From NCBI GenBank assembly GCA_044892505.1, contig CM097882.1, forward strand, positions 240,622,001 to 240,686,000: DNA of 64,000 nucleotides. The letters are read 5' to 3'. The translations under genes were made by a program, and so were the position numbers. The notes below the pieces were generated by a model that saw only the letters and a list, made by a program, of their open reading frames with translations, did no database searches and was not told the DNA's origin. This DNA is from Schmidtea nova. Taxonomy: Eukaryota. This document shows positions 46,351-59,139 of the stretch, in pieces; position 1 is the stretch's first letter, and each line of letters begins with the position of its first letter.

Positions 46351-46618
46351 ACTTAGCCCTCGATTTACATGATGCTCAATTTGCACGGTTTCGGTTTAAC
46401 ACGATTGAAAAAATTCGGAAAAGTTCTATTTATGTTACACTAGTTTTCAGTTTAAGATGGTCACAAAAATCAAGAAATATTTAATATGTTTTCTTTTAGT
46501 TTAGATTTTTTCAATAAAATATATATTTAATTATTAATTGGACGATTTCAATATACACGATCTCGATTTACACGGCATTTTTGAGGAACTAACATGCCAT
46601 GTAAATGGAGGGCTAAGT
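46351..46618. mobile_element. pogo/Tigger-like MITE
   Basis: 21-bp TIR ACTTAGCCCTC(G/C)ATTTACATG with 1 mismatch; TA at the left flank, degenerate right flank. Confidence 0.55.
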
Positions 46619-49054
46619 ACATTTTTTTATATTCTTACAAATGAATAATAAAATGTTAAATAATTAAACATCTTTACGAAAACCCAAAAAATGTAATGAT
46701 ATTAATGACATGAAAATATAAAATTATTGCAGTTGTACTTATAAAAAGTATCTCAGAATGCTTGCGTGAGACTTTCGGCGACTCCCACGGCACATGGCGG
46801 CTTAGAAGGAAAAAGGTTTACAAATTGTTTTTTCTAGAAGATTTAGTTTAAATATTTTTTATTTGTTCAAACAAATTTAGTGAAAGTTCGCCATTTATTT
46901 TAAATTCAAAAAGATATAAAAAAGAATTGTTGGGACAACCAAAACCTGAAATTTAGCTCAATTAATGGGTAAAATAATAAAAATAATCAAGTGGCTTACT
47001 AAATAACAAGTACAATTGCTGAGTAGGAAAGACAGCTGCAAAAGAAATTGCGACAGCTAGAAAAGCAATTAAAAACGTAAGAGCATTACTTTAGTCCATT
47101 GGAGACAACAGCTGAAAGCGGGAACACTCCAGGAATTCTAAAATAAATAACAAATTTAAGCCACTTAAAAATCTAATTAAAAATAACAACCATAGTAATG
47201 TGAAATAATAACAACAAATAAAAATTTACCGAGTTGAAATTACGAACCAACAAACGTGATCTGATTGGTTGAGACAAGTCCAGAAAAACTATAAAAGGAA
47301 TGCTGAAATCAGTCTAACGATATCATTTTTTACCTAACATCATTTTTACCGAAGTGTCAATTTTTATTGAGACAACATTGTACTTTCTGACAACTGCATT
47401 GGAATCAAATAAAGGTATACATTATCATTGTTCATTTTGATTGTTAACTATTCTTAAACCCTCATGTTTTTTCATTAATCTTGCTAAGAGTACGTCCCGA
47501 CGGTCTCCTGACCCGACGGGAGAAAATAGGTCTCCCGACGCAACACCCCCTGGGTGATGACCGGTGCGGCGTATCAGCGTTAATTATGTGGAGGGGATTG
47601 CACATAGGTCATTCTTGTTTACCAGAAATGAATTAGTGGAGAACAAAATGCATACGACAATGAAGCGAATTGGGGAGCAACATCTTGTCCACCGAGTGGC
47701 ACTATAACGATTTACTCGATACACGAAACAATGAAACGTGGGATGAGTAATGCAGGGGAAATAGCTTTCTGCGCGATGTTTATGTCGAGAGTGACCGAAA
47801 TCATCCAGGAAATAATTTTCGTAATGTTCATGGCATTAAAATGAACTAAATGATTGAGAAATGATGGGAGAAACATCCCACGAATGGTGATTGAAAAATG
47901 AGTGAATGAAATAGTCCTTGATAATTTGTAGGAGAATATAAATCAATACGATTATATTTGAGAATGCATGTGGTTGATTGACGAAACAGTAAATGCGTGT
48001 GATTGACTGAACGATTTAAACAGCTGTTTGTGACAATGAGTTGACGTACTGTAACTGACTGACTATACTGTGGACGATCAATGGGTTTGAATGAAGTATA
48101 AATGCATAAAAGGGGAGAGCAGTCTGACGTCGATATGATTGAAGTGTGTGTTGTGAGAAGTTACCTGAGAATGATGGAACTTTTCCTTAATTAATTGTAT
48201 CTATAATTAAATGCGTTTATTTTCTTCTATGCAGGAAAATGAAGGTTACTCTGACTAATAAAACTAAAACATCCGGCTAATTCCAAGAGGGCCACACCAG
48301 TCATTTCACGGCTGACTCCACAGGTTCCAATATCAATTCGAGACGAGATCAACCGTCATGCTAGACACTGGAGAAGAGAATTCCAGCAATCTGACTATTT
48401 TAGTCAAAAAAATCAAACCAAAAGTAAAATTATCTAGGAAGGTGGGCCACGATGGCCAAATAGAAGTGCAGTTTTCACCCGTAACCTTCTGAGGTGGTTG
48501 ATTGAGCTGACCGATGAGACCAATGTTGCTCTTTCAACCTATCGAGGTACCGACACTGAACCAACTGGTATATATCACGTTAGATAAACCTCGTAATACC
48601 AGTACAAGCGAGGAAATTGATTACTCCAACCTACGGGAAGGATTTCGAACCGAGTGCAGAGCGCGATCACCTTGGGCCGCAACAATTACGTTTTGATAGA
48701 TTTTCCTATACAAAGGAAATCTGTACTGGCAGCCCAATCCGGAAGACTATTCGTCAGGTTCCATCAGGAAGGAGGACAGTAACTACTCGCAAGAATGGAT
48801 GTGTGAACTCTGAGATGAGGTGTTGATCATTTCCATGTATTGTCATTTACTTTAAATGTGTCTTGAATGATAATAAATCTACTTGTTACTTTCGAATTTA
48901 ACGAGTTGGAGTGTGTGATGACCCGTATGATGGGAAGGGGATGAATGTATAAAGATAGTCAGGAATAGGTCATAAGGTGCATATGAGTCAGTAGCCGTGT
49001 ATCAATGTTATTTCAAATCTAAATCATGCACACCCTCTCATAAACTAATTTTAG

Positions 49055-49625
49055 ATGGAAAGCCTCAGTAAACTCCTAAATTCCGACGACACTCGACAGT
49101 TACGGCGACGAATAAGACTCCTCAAGGGAAAATTAAATCGCCAAGAATTAGAGATTATCGATCTGTGGAGAACGTGGTTTAGCCAAGCAGTCCTGAAGGA
49201 GACCTTGACCAGTACAGAAAAGGCTAGGCGTGCGTTAGATGATCAGACCAAGGAGCTATCGGCCACTAAGATAGAATTGAATCGCTGCATGCTGACGATG
49301 ACAAACAAGTTCATCGAGCAGCACTTACGGGACCAGATCCGTACTAATACTTTTGAGCGATGGATTCCCCAATGAAGGGTAGACGCGGAAACGCAGACCG
49401 CAGAGACGGGTACCGCTGAAATCTTTGCCGAGGCTAGTACAGAAGTGACTTCGGATTTTGAAGGTATTACCAGGAAAGTCTAAAAAGAGAAATCGACTGG
49501 GCGCAAAACGAAGACGCGAGCGCAGAGCTTTCGCTGAGCAGATGGGGATAGAAGTCGATTTGTTAAGTGGCTTGACTGAAAAACAGTTGGTTAAGGTGAT
49601 AAATACGAACATTTTCATAAAATAA
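49055..49625 (+). pseudogene. Unknown coiled-coil ORF (stop and frameshift), paralogue of 9546-10130
   Basis: Protein similarity described under 9546-10130; preceded by an acceptor-like aattttag. Confidence 0.6.
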
Positions 49626-50897
49626 ATAAACGCATTGGGTTGTGTAAATCTGTTTTCTTGTATGTATGCGACGTATGATGAAATAGTGTAATGAATAAAC
49701 AAATTAGTATGTCAAATCAAAGGAGAAAAGGGACCGAAAGGAAGCCACATAAGTCTTTTATCGACAGTGGTGGACCCGTAAGTTTAATGGGGAAATAGTT
49801 AAGGTTGTTCACCTGCCCTATTAAACTACAACGCTGGGTGCAATACCAACATGATGAGCAATTAAGGGCGAGTCATAGGCAACAGAGGGGGGAGATATTT
49901 TTATGTTGGTGGGATTACCCTAAATTTAACTCAAACCCATGTTGAACATCAAGCCAACAGACCAACAGAATCTAATCCATCCGGTATATAATTTACACAT
50001 TAACAGAAACTAAAAATAAATATTTAATTGGTTTTATGGTGAGAAATAATATTTTTATTAGATATACTAAAACCAGATGAGAAAATATATTTAAATCTGG
50101 AAAATTTAAATTTTTCCGGTTTCAAAAAATAGAAATGAATACATATTTATATACATATATTAATTGCAAAAAATTGAACAAGCATTTATTTGAGCCTTCA
50201 AATAATTAGCAAAATTAAAGAAAAAGATAAATGCTTGTAATAAGTGTCGCTTCGTGAGTGAAAAGCGCCCTGTGCAAAAGTTGTTTATCGCATTAATAAA
50301 AAATAGAACGAATTACCTTAAAAATAAATGTAATATTTTATGTATAACTAAATAAGTAGTAAAAAACAATAACTATACAAAATTAGGTTACAATATTTTC
50401 ACAATTTTCTTGAAAAAAAGCAACAGAACAATAATTTATTTTTATTTCTTACGATGAAAAGACGCCAAAAATCTTCAGGTGCCCCAATGCAATCCCCGCT
50501 TTACACAATAGCACCCAACGCCTATATTCGTAATAATATACAATATTGAAATTTTTTTTTAATAAAATAAATAAATATTAAGTAATTTGATTAAATATTA
50601 TATTATATAATACTTATAAACTTTAACTAATACATTTAAACAATTGTTATTCAGATTATTGTAAAAAACATTTCAATTTTCTTTTAATGAAAATTTCAAT
50701 TTTTACTTAAAATTAAATTTAAATATGAGAATTTTTAAATAGAAATAGTACAATAAAATGACAAAAGAAGGAGAATCCTCATTTTGAAGGAACAGTACTG
50801 ATGAATAGTATCCATTTCTTCCGATTTGAATATAAAATTTGTTTATTAAAATAAATTAAAAAAAATAATTATAATGACTTGAGGATTTACTGATAGC

Positions 50898-51352
50898 CAG
50901 TGCCGAATTTACCTATAGGCTAACTAGACTACAGCCTAAGGCCACCGTTATTCAAGGGGCCCAGAACCGAAATTTTACTTTTAATTGTTTTTATAAAAAT
51001 CTAAATTTTTAAAATAATTGAAATTAAATAATGAAATTAATTATTTTGAAATTTTGTAACTACTGTTTGTAATTCTTAAACAAACTATTATTTTAACAAC
51101 TAATTCTAAAACAAACAAAAACAGGTATTGAAATATTATTTTTTAGATTTTTATACATAGATTTTATTACTATACATTACTAAACGTTATTTATACATAT
51201 ATTTCTGTAACATTTACTTAATAAAATTATGTATTTTAAGGTGTTATTAGTATGAATTAAATAATCAAACAATTATTACTGAAGATAAAATATTTATAAG
51301 GACACCAAGACCATATTAGCCTAGGGCCTCTACAATAGTAAATCCGGCTCTG
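50898..51352. mobile_element. hAT-type MITE
   Basis: TIRs CAGTGCCGAATTTA / TAAATCCGGCTCTG; degenerate 8-bp TSD ctgatagc / ttgatatc. Confidence 0.75.
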
Positions 51353-51435
51353 TTGATATCAATGTTATTATAGCTCTAAAGCAATTCAGAAAAAAAATAC
51401 GTTACTATTAAATTTTTTCCAAGATGCATTAACTT

Positions 51436-51582
51436 TTGGTCGCGCCCGCTCTTAAAATATTTTTAAAATTACTTAAATAATAATTAAAATAATTAATTGG
51501 GTGTTTGATCGCTGTGAGAGATTGTGGGGCGAGCCTGGAAGCCGTTAGACGGTCTTATCGAAATCTATATAAATCTTAGATG
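51436..51582 (+). other. Upstream module plus spliced-leader copy B (SL 51541-51582)
   Basis: GCCGTTAGACGGTCTTATCGAAATCTATATAAATCTTAGATG; the 105-nt upstream segment is shared with 53647-53760. Confidence 0.88.
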
Positions 51583-52375
51583 TCGGAAGATTCCAAATCA
51601 AATGACAGTGGTAAAACTCCACTTCAGACAGTGTTTATAAACGGTAACAAAATCAGCACATTAATTCCAAATCGAATATTTGTCGGGGGATTTCCACAGA
51701 ATACTACAGAAGAAGAATTGGAAAGTTTTTTCTATAAGTATGGAGAAATAAAGGATGTTAAAATTATCCCTGATAAGCTGGACAAGCTAAAGGAAGTTAT
51801 GGTTTTGTAACATTTGCCAGCCAAGAAGTTGCAGAAAGAATTATTACCGAACAGGCTGAAACATTAGTACCAGATCGAAAGTTGAACATTGGTAGAGCTG
51901 TAAAAAAGCAACCGTTGACTGGTAAATCTGAACTACAAAACACTTTGATATTAAATAAATTGCCACTTTCGTATGGATCAGTTTATCTATATCAAGATTA
52001 TTCTTATCTTTTCAATCAAGATTTGAATGCATTATATCAAAACTATTCAAATCAATTATCTCAAATAAAGTTTCTACCCGCTTATGCATCTTCATTATTG
52101 TCTCCATTTGTTGGAAATCATGTAACCCTGGGTCTTTCCATAAATCCTTATCAACAATTACAATCCTTATTACCATTGTCAATGACAGCACCTCAAAGTA
52201 ATTCACCATTTCACTCGAATCAACCACTTAATTAAATGAGCAATTATCAAAAAGTCAGCCTGCTTCTGTGGAAGCAAATATTTCAACTGATACCAGCAGA
52301 GACATTGAAACTACAACCATTTCCAGCAATTTTCAGAGCTATGATAATAATTATTCTCAAACAAAACTTCATTGT
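51580..52375 (+). pseudogene. boule: Processed boule (DAZ family RRM) retrocopy, frameshifted in RNP1
   Basis: IPNRIFVGGF..TTE.EL..FF..YGEIKDVKII.D; shifted frame KGSYGFVTF..A..RKLNIGRAVKKQ; ATG supplied by the SL; intronless. Confidence 0.85.
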
Positions 52376-52960
52376 AAATTGATTAAAAAGGAATCTTGGA
52401 ATTTAATCGATTGGAATTTTTTGAGGTTTATTTAAAAACATTAACTTGATTGATTTTGTGATTTGGTTTATTTTTTGGATTTAAGTTTTGTTTATTGGGA
52501 TTAATGGTAATTTTTTTTGACTTAAAAACGATTGGTTTAACTGGGTAACTTTAATGCAATTAACTTAGGGTGATTTTGAACTTTTGGAATTTAATTTTGA
52601 GGAATTATTAAAAAACTTAGTTTTAGATTTGTTTGTGTTATCGGATGAATTGATGAATTTTTGGCAGAATTAATTTTTAATTTGTAATTAACTATTGGTG
52701 GAATTTTGGATTTTGTTTATCTGCGTCAATGAATTGGATTGTAATGTTTTTTATTGAATTAACTTTTGAATTTAATTAAGGATTTAACTTTGAATTATTT
52801 TTGCTGAATTATTTTTGGATTTACGAATTTTGGGGGTCAATGAATTGAATTTGGGAATTAACTTTTGAATTTATTATGTTTAATTGCTGATGCTGAATTG
52901 GACTTTTGAATTGGATTTTGAATAAAATGTTTCGATTTCGATTTTTTTGATGAATTTAAA
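52376..52960 (+). repeat. Strand-biased T/G-rich low-complexity tract
   Basis: Very low C content (ttggattt, ttgaatt units); similar tracts at 22060-22300, 54170-54400 and 55540-55830. Confidence 0.7.
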
Positions 52961-53646
52961 TTTGGATTAATTTCGACTTGGCATTTAAAGCGATGGCGTT
53001 GAATGGATTACTTTCTGTGGATGTTCGAGATAATAATTGTGGCGTAGTTGCTTCACAAAGAGAAGTTCCAGGTAAAATGAACAAACAGAGTTCTGCTACA
53101 AGATTATTTAACATAACTGAAAGTACCGATTGCGTTAGGACCGGAATGATTCCTGATTGCAGATCGCAAGTATGCCGTGCACAAATGAAAGCTGCACGAT
53201 GTGAATGCAAATTTCATCATAAACTGTCCTGTGAAAGGATTTGTTGATGTATTGCCGATATTAATCAATCGTACACTCAATCAGCCTCAATGATCGCATT
53301 ATTATATGATGACTCATCATTGATGACGAAAGCAATAGGAGCTGGATGCGCCAAACCAACTTTAATATTAACAATATTTTGGCACAGCCTTTATCAAGTG
53401 TGTATTGATGAAGGCTGTCCCTAAATATTGTATACTTATTTAAAATAAATTTTGATCCATAGTCATCCATTATGGGAATTATTGATATTAATACTTTTAA
53501 TTCAAATAAAATTTTATTTTATATAATCAACTATTTTATTTTACTGATTATTTAATTAATTATCGGGGATATATGAACAATAATTTACATTACAGTGGTT
53601 ATAATTTGTGTAAATAAGGGAGAGCTAACACTTCATTTTATTATAT

Positions 53647-53802
53647 TTGGTCGCACCCGCTTTGTAAAAATATTTTTAAAATTAATTAAATAAAAGTTAA
53701 ATGGTAAAAAGCGGGGCTGGATTGCTGTGAGAGATTGTGGGGCGAGCCTGGAAATCTGAAGCCGGTAAACGGTCTTATCGAAATCTATATAAATCATATA
53801 TG
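53647..53802 (+). other. Upstream module plus spliced-leader copy C (SL 53761-53802)
   Basis: GCCGGTAAACGGTCTTATCGAAATCTATATAAATCATATATG (3 substitutions from the recalled SL1); module ttggtcgcacccgct..gctgtgagagattgtggggcgagcctggaaatctgaa. Confidence 0.85.
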
Positions 53803-54069
53803 ATATGGCCTGTGTACCACAACATGGGCGGTGCAATTGCCATTCATTCTGCTGTTGAATCTGTGATTACTTCACTAGTCGGATTAGTTGTAATTAATGT
53901 TGTTGAACGATCGGCACTCGGCGCATTATACAGTATGAATAATTATCTTCACAGCAGACCATGTGTTTTCAAATCACTATTTCATCAGTATTCCAACTCT
54001 CGGACTATATACTTAATCGATTCACCGATTCCTTTAAGTGCTCATCAATCGTCTCCTGATTTGTATTAA
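53800..54069 (+). pseudogene. PPME1: Protein phosphatase methylesterase 1 internal fragment, in frame with the SL ATG
   Basis: HNMGGAIAIH..SLVGLVVINVVE.SAL.AL.SM..YL.SRP..FKSL matches PME-1 HSMGGAIAVH..L.GL.VIDVVEGTA..AL.SMQ.FL..RP..FKSL. Confidence 0.8.
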
Positions 54070-54433
54070 AATTTCAACAGTGCGCCACAACCCTACAGTA
54101 ACCAGTGAAGATATCAAAACTTATTCTATTTGTGTGTAACATAAATATCCTATTAGTGACAATTCAATTGCTGATTTTTAGGAACTGAATTTGTGATTAA
54201 TTTAGAATTTTAAATTTTAAAAAATTATTGGAATGAAATTGTAAATTTGGTAAATTAGATAATTTTGTAAATGGTTTAAATTTGGCTTAGTAATTTTTAA
54301 TTTTTGATTAGGATTTGGAATTTTAAAAGGTGATTAATAATATTTGTGTAATTATTGGATTACTTGTATTTGATGGAAATATATATTTATTCAAAGCGTT
54401 GCAAAGACTTCTTGAAAACTTGATAATATAAAA

Positions 54434-54937
54434 TCGGATGCTAATATTTTATTGGATCAAATGCGACTGAATGCTCAACGTCATTTGCTAACCTTGCAAG
54501 AACCAATTCCAGTTGATCAATTGGTAACGCAGATTTGTGATTTATTGCACGCCTACACAATGTATGGTGGCCGACGGCCTTATGGAGTCTCTATGCTCTT
54601 TATTGGATGGGATAAAGAATACGGCTATCAGTTGTTCCAGTTAGATCCATCTGGTAATTTTGTCGGGTGGAAGGCCACTTGTATTGGTTTGAATTCGGCT
54701 GCGGCTTCCTCCATGCTAGAACAGGAATACGAGAAACTTGACGTGGAAAGCGGCTTAAAGCTCTGTGTTAAAATTCTTTATAAATCGATGACAATATCAG
54801 AACTAACTGCAGAAAAGATTGAATTGGCAGTAATGAAACGCAAGGATGATAAAACTTATGTCAAACTAATTGATCAAACTAAAATTGAGGCTTTGATCAA
54901 AGAAGTGGAACAAATTGATTTAAAGGAAAAGCAGAAA
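54434..54937 (+). pseudogene. PSMA4: Proteasome subunit alpha type-4 (alpha3) 3' two-thirds, intronless
   Basis: SDANIL..MRL.AQR.L..LQEPIP..QLV..ICD..AYT.YGGRRPYGVS.L..GWD..YGYQL.Q.DPSGN..GWKATCIG.NS.AA.SML. Confidence 0.9.
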
Positions 54938-55000
54938 GGAAACGGTTATTTGCCACTGAGAGGTGACGTTCCAGAGATGACAGCTGACCCTGAACGCTAT
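54938..55000 (+). pseudogene. NAE1: Short NEDD8-activating enzyme regulatory subunit fragment fused in frame to PSMA4
   Basis: GNGYLPLRGDVPEMTADPERY resembles NAE1 G.LPVRGTIPDMIADS.KY; short match. Confidence 0.6.
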
Positions 55001-56784
55001 GAAAGGATTGAGAAAATCAATCGCACCTGGCCGAAGTCAACCAATAAAAATTGATGTGGTTTCTTTTCGTAACATTTGTTATTTGCACTTCTGATTAATG
55101 GTGTTAAGATGGACTCACCTTTAGCTTCTACATTCATTTCTGTTTCTATGTAAAATTTAAAAAGTGAATAAACCTTTATTACACAAACGTTATTTAGATG
55201 ATATATTTCTTATATTTAACAATAAAAAACACTCTGGGTTTTTTTTGTGTTATATAAATAATTTCCAGAGTCATAACATTTACTATTAAAGTTGAAAAAA
55301 AAGAAAAACAAACAATTTAGAACCGACTAGGTAAACTTTAAATACTGGCCTGTATACAAATTTTATGATTTTAATCATAAGAAATATTATAAGCGATTGG
55401 TTTATTACCGCTAATTTACCGCCAATTTACTGTAGATCTATAAATAATTTTGATTATTTTATTTAAGTTAGTGCAGAATAACGGATATTCAAAATCTTCT
55501 CGAATGATGTGTGAAGCTATTGATATGTGTATCTGGTTAATCCTGGCTCGGATTATGAGATTCGCGTGGTTGATTGTGCGTTAATGTTTTTGATTAGTCG
55601 AATTAGTTTTTTCAATTTTTATTATCAATCCAATTGGAGCTTTTCTTTTTGTGTGTGTAATTTGATTATGATGGTGTGTGTCCTATAATGGTTTTTGTGT
55701 GAGTAATAAGATTATTATGGTGTGTCTATTAATGGTTTTTGTTAGAATTGGTTTATTTTAAAAATTTGGATTGAAATAATAAAGCTTTTTTCAATTCTGA
55801 ATTCGACTAATTTTAAATTGACTGCAAATAAATCTGACGTAACGTATGAAAATGAGATTAACAATGTATATTTAACCGATTTTTTGGTAAGAAATCAATG
55901 AAAATCTTAATGGTTGGTTTAATGAATCGACATTGCAAATAATTTTAGGGGTAATTGTCGATTCATTTATTTTAATTTTTGTCTCGTAAAAATTAATAAA
56001 TAAATTGAATAATACTTTGCGGTATTCCAGTGGTCGAAGTTGCAGTTGCGACTGTATAAAATGACTGGTTTGATCATACAAATGATCATACATTTCTGAT
56101 TGTTGGATATAATTATCCTGATATCCAATTTGAGATGAATGTTCATTCCTTGCATTGTTGGGTAGAATATCCTATAACAATCGCATGGTTTGATTTAGTG
56201 TTTAATTATATGAGTTTACCAGCCATATTATTAAAATGTAAAAACTAATTGATTTGCTAATAAATAGATTACAAATAAAAGACAAATTTTATTTTAAACT
56301 TCAAACTTTTTTTTCTTTTTAAAACAACTTGTCATACTTTTTATAAATCATACTTTTAATAAAAAATACTTTTTAATAATAAAAATAAGTAATAGTTCAT
56401 AACAAAATGTTGAATTTTTTGACGGAGACACGAAGATTGAAATAATAAATAGATTTTTCACATTGAGATTACCTAATTTTCTTCAAGAATTTATTAATAT
56501 GAAAATATCATTCTTGGTCTATGTTTTACAATCTCTTGTTATTTATCGCTCTTTGATTGAATGGAACTGAAAGGGGAGGCTAATTGGATGGATTAGACAA
56601 TTCATAATCAATAAAGTTCGATTTCGAAATTATTAGAAAACTTCAGCGATTTGTTGCCATGGTTATTATTGACAAATTTAAATGGGTGCTGAGTATCAGT
56701 AGACGTTGTAAAAAAATCAATATTTTTGAAAAGTATTTTCAATACAAGAATATAAGTAACAGCTGTGAGAGAAGGAATGATTAG

Positions 56785-57175
56785 GAATGGAGATGATGTG
56801 ACAACAGAACATTACAGTTGGTCTCGATGAAGCTGTTGAAAAAACAATTATTTACAAATTGGAACTTGGTGAAATTGGTACGATTCATAGAATTATTTTT
56901 AATGTAGAAACAGTTGAAAATATGAACCTTTGTTTCACAGTGTGGGACGTAAAAGGAGAAGAAAGAATTCGACCATTATGGTGTCTCTATTTTCAGAATT
57001 TATAGAGTTATATTTCGAGTTATATAATCTAATTTGCAGATAATTTGCATAAAATGCTGGAAGAGGTATATCTCAGAGATATTGTGACTTTTGTATTTAT
57101 TAATAAAAAAGATCTGTAATGTAATGTCGGCTGTAGAAATTACAGATAAATTACTACTTCATAATTCGGAAGTTG
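56785..57175 (+). pseudogene. ARF1: Decayed processed ARF GTPase copy
   Basis: VGLD.A...[64 protein letters not shown]. Confidence 0.85.
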
Positions 57176-57275
57176 TTCCCGAAGAATATACATTGTTGTT
57201 CAATGAAGCTCTATTCAAATCGAATACCAACAGAGAAAAGCTGACTCGAATCAGGTTTATAACTTTCAATGCTCC

Positions 57276-57277
<2 letters not shown>

Positions 57278-57343
<66 letters not shown>
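57278..57343. repeat. (TA)n microsatellite; others at about 10877-10907, 12192-12230, 18165-18182 and 61052-61105, (TAT)n at 19087-19170
   Basis: Directly visible. Confidence 0.95.
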
Positions 57344-57346
<3 letters not shown>

Positions 57347-59139
57347 TCTGTTCAAGCTGTGCTATTTCTTAATGCTTCTGGAAGAACAATAGTTCATATT
57401 TATGTTGGTTGTGGGTGCGTGATAGATTTTTGTATTTTTAAATTTTGTTCATTTTACTTATCTAGGGTCGCATTGCAACACATAAGAAGTCTACTATCCG
57501 TATGCCCGTAAGTATCACTTTGTACTCACGTTGGTATTGCATACGACAGGTGAATGTGAATCGGCAGGTGAGATTTTATACAAAAGCTATTGCCGATCCT
57601 AGCATTCTAACGGGTTCCCTATTGACCGATAGGTCTTTGCTAATTCATTTCCCCTTACCCTTTGTGCTGTTCTCTCCTTTATGGTATAATTTTCTTGTTT
57701 AATTGTTCACAACTTAATTGCCACACCCCTTTCCCGTTACTTTGTCACGTAAATTAATAAAACAGAATCATTTAATTAAAATAAAACAAGACAGTAACAC
57801 TCAACACATTATATTCAACGATTAGGGCACAAATCTAATTAAGTTATCGGTAAACTCTTTTGAATTTTCAGCAGACACTGTCTTTTGAATAAACTAATCC
57901 GTTTTCGTTTCTTTGGGTGACTTCTTAAGTTTGTTTGACCCGCAATCATCTACTGCGACTGGATTAATCTTAGGAAACCATTAAGACAGGGTTATAAGTC
58001 TGATTTGGTTTTTTAAGTCGTCTTCCACGAAATGTACTGTCAAAATCCTCTTGCAATTTCGTAACTCAATACATACGGCTTTCAACTCTAAATTTAGGTC
58101 ATCATTACTCTGACGTAACCGTGCTATTCTAACTTTTTCTACTTTCATCTCGGTTGGCGAAAATTTTGAGCTTTCTTAATCAATAATACGTCGTTTTAGC
58201 CGAACGATACTATAATCGGAGTGCATGGATTAGATATTCTCTCGGATCATGGTTATACTAATCTCTCACAAGCTTAGCTGCGTATCATAAATTATCAAGA
58301 ACACTGAACAATAAACAAAAACAATCTGTCGGTTGATTATATCGTCAAAGTACGACCTTAGTTTTTACAACTACCATGACCTACTTGTCCCCTTCACTTC
58401 TCTTATTTACTCTTGATTCAAAACAAAATATCAATTTAGTATTCGTCTCTTGTAATTGACGTGATTCATCGCAATCATCACATTGTGGAAAATCTTCTTT
58501 TGCGAATTCTTACTCGAATGTTTTTAGTTCCATCCGCAAAATCCATATACAGATTGTACTGTAGAAAATTCAACACTAAGACTTTAATACTTCTGAATTT
58601 TTCATGTTGGAAACATGTTTATTACACATGCTAACATTATTTAAAAACAAAAGAACAAAAGCAAAAATTATGCGTGAGTTTGTGCGTTGATGGATGATGA
58701 GTGACTCACTAAGATATTACGATTCATAACGTTTTGTATCGTTTTTATGTTTTCTAAGTGAATAAGCAGACTTACGTTTGGTGAGACCAATAATAATAAG
58801 CATTTTTTAAATTAATATTAATTTACATTTTGTCAATATATGGCTTCTAGCCTTCTAAATGTAGTAATCCCCTGTTTATTTTAGTGCGAAATGTGCAATA
58901 CTAACACCGTATAGGCTATACCATATAGTTAACTAAATTGTCTTAGTTATTTGTTTAAAAAATAAAAATCATATTTACCCCATAATGAGTGATATAAGGA
59001 ATTTTTTTATCAAAAAGTGAAAGGAGAATGAAGAAATTCATGAGAGCTCTCAGATACTTCATTCGGATCCTTCCACTTCTATGTCATTGTCAACGTTATC
59101 GTCTGATTTATCAATAAAAAAGACATTTTAGAAGAAACT

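Noticed and set aside
51520-51540. TGGGGCGAGCCTGG as an LTR primer-binding site
   Set aside because: Not preceded by an LTR-ending CA, and I cannot match it to a tRNA 3' end from memory; left open pending a tRNA search.
56762-56772. GCTGTGAGAGA upstream of the ARF relic, matching part of the SL-upstream module
   Set aside because: Only 11 bp, with no SL or other module blocks adjacent; may be chance.
57091-57511. ORFs with IYIYIY runs (also 10773-11042 and 12171-12365)
   Set aside because: Translations of (TA)n microsatellites.
58430-58520. Minus-strand QCDDCD motif suggesting a BEL/Pao PHD finger
   Set aside because: Too short and decayed to support a call by eye.
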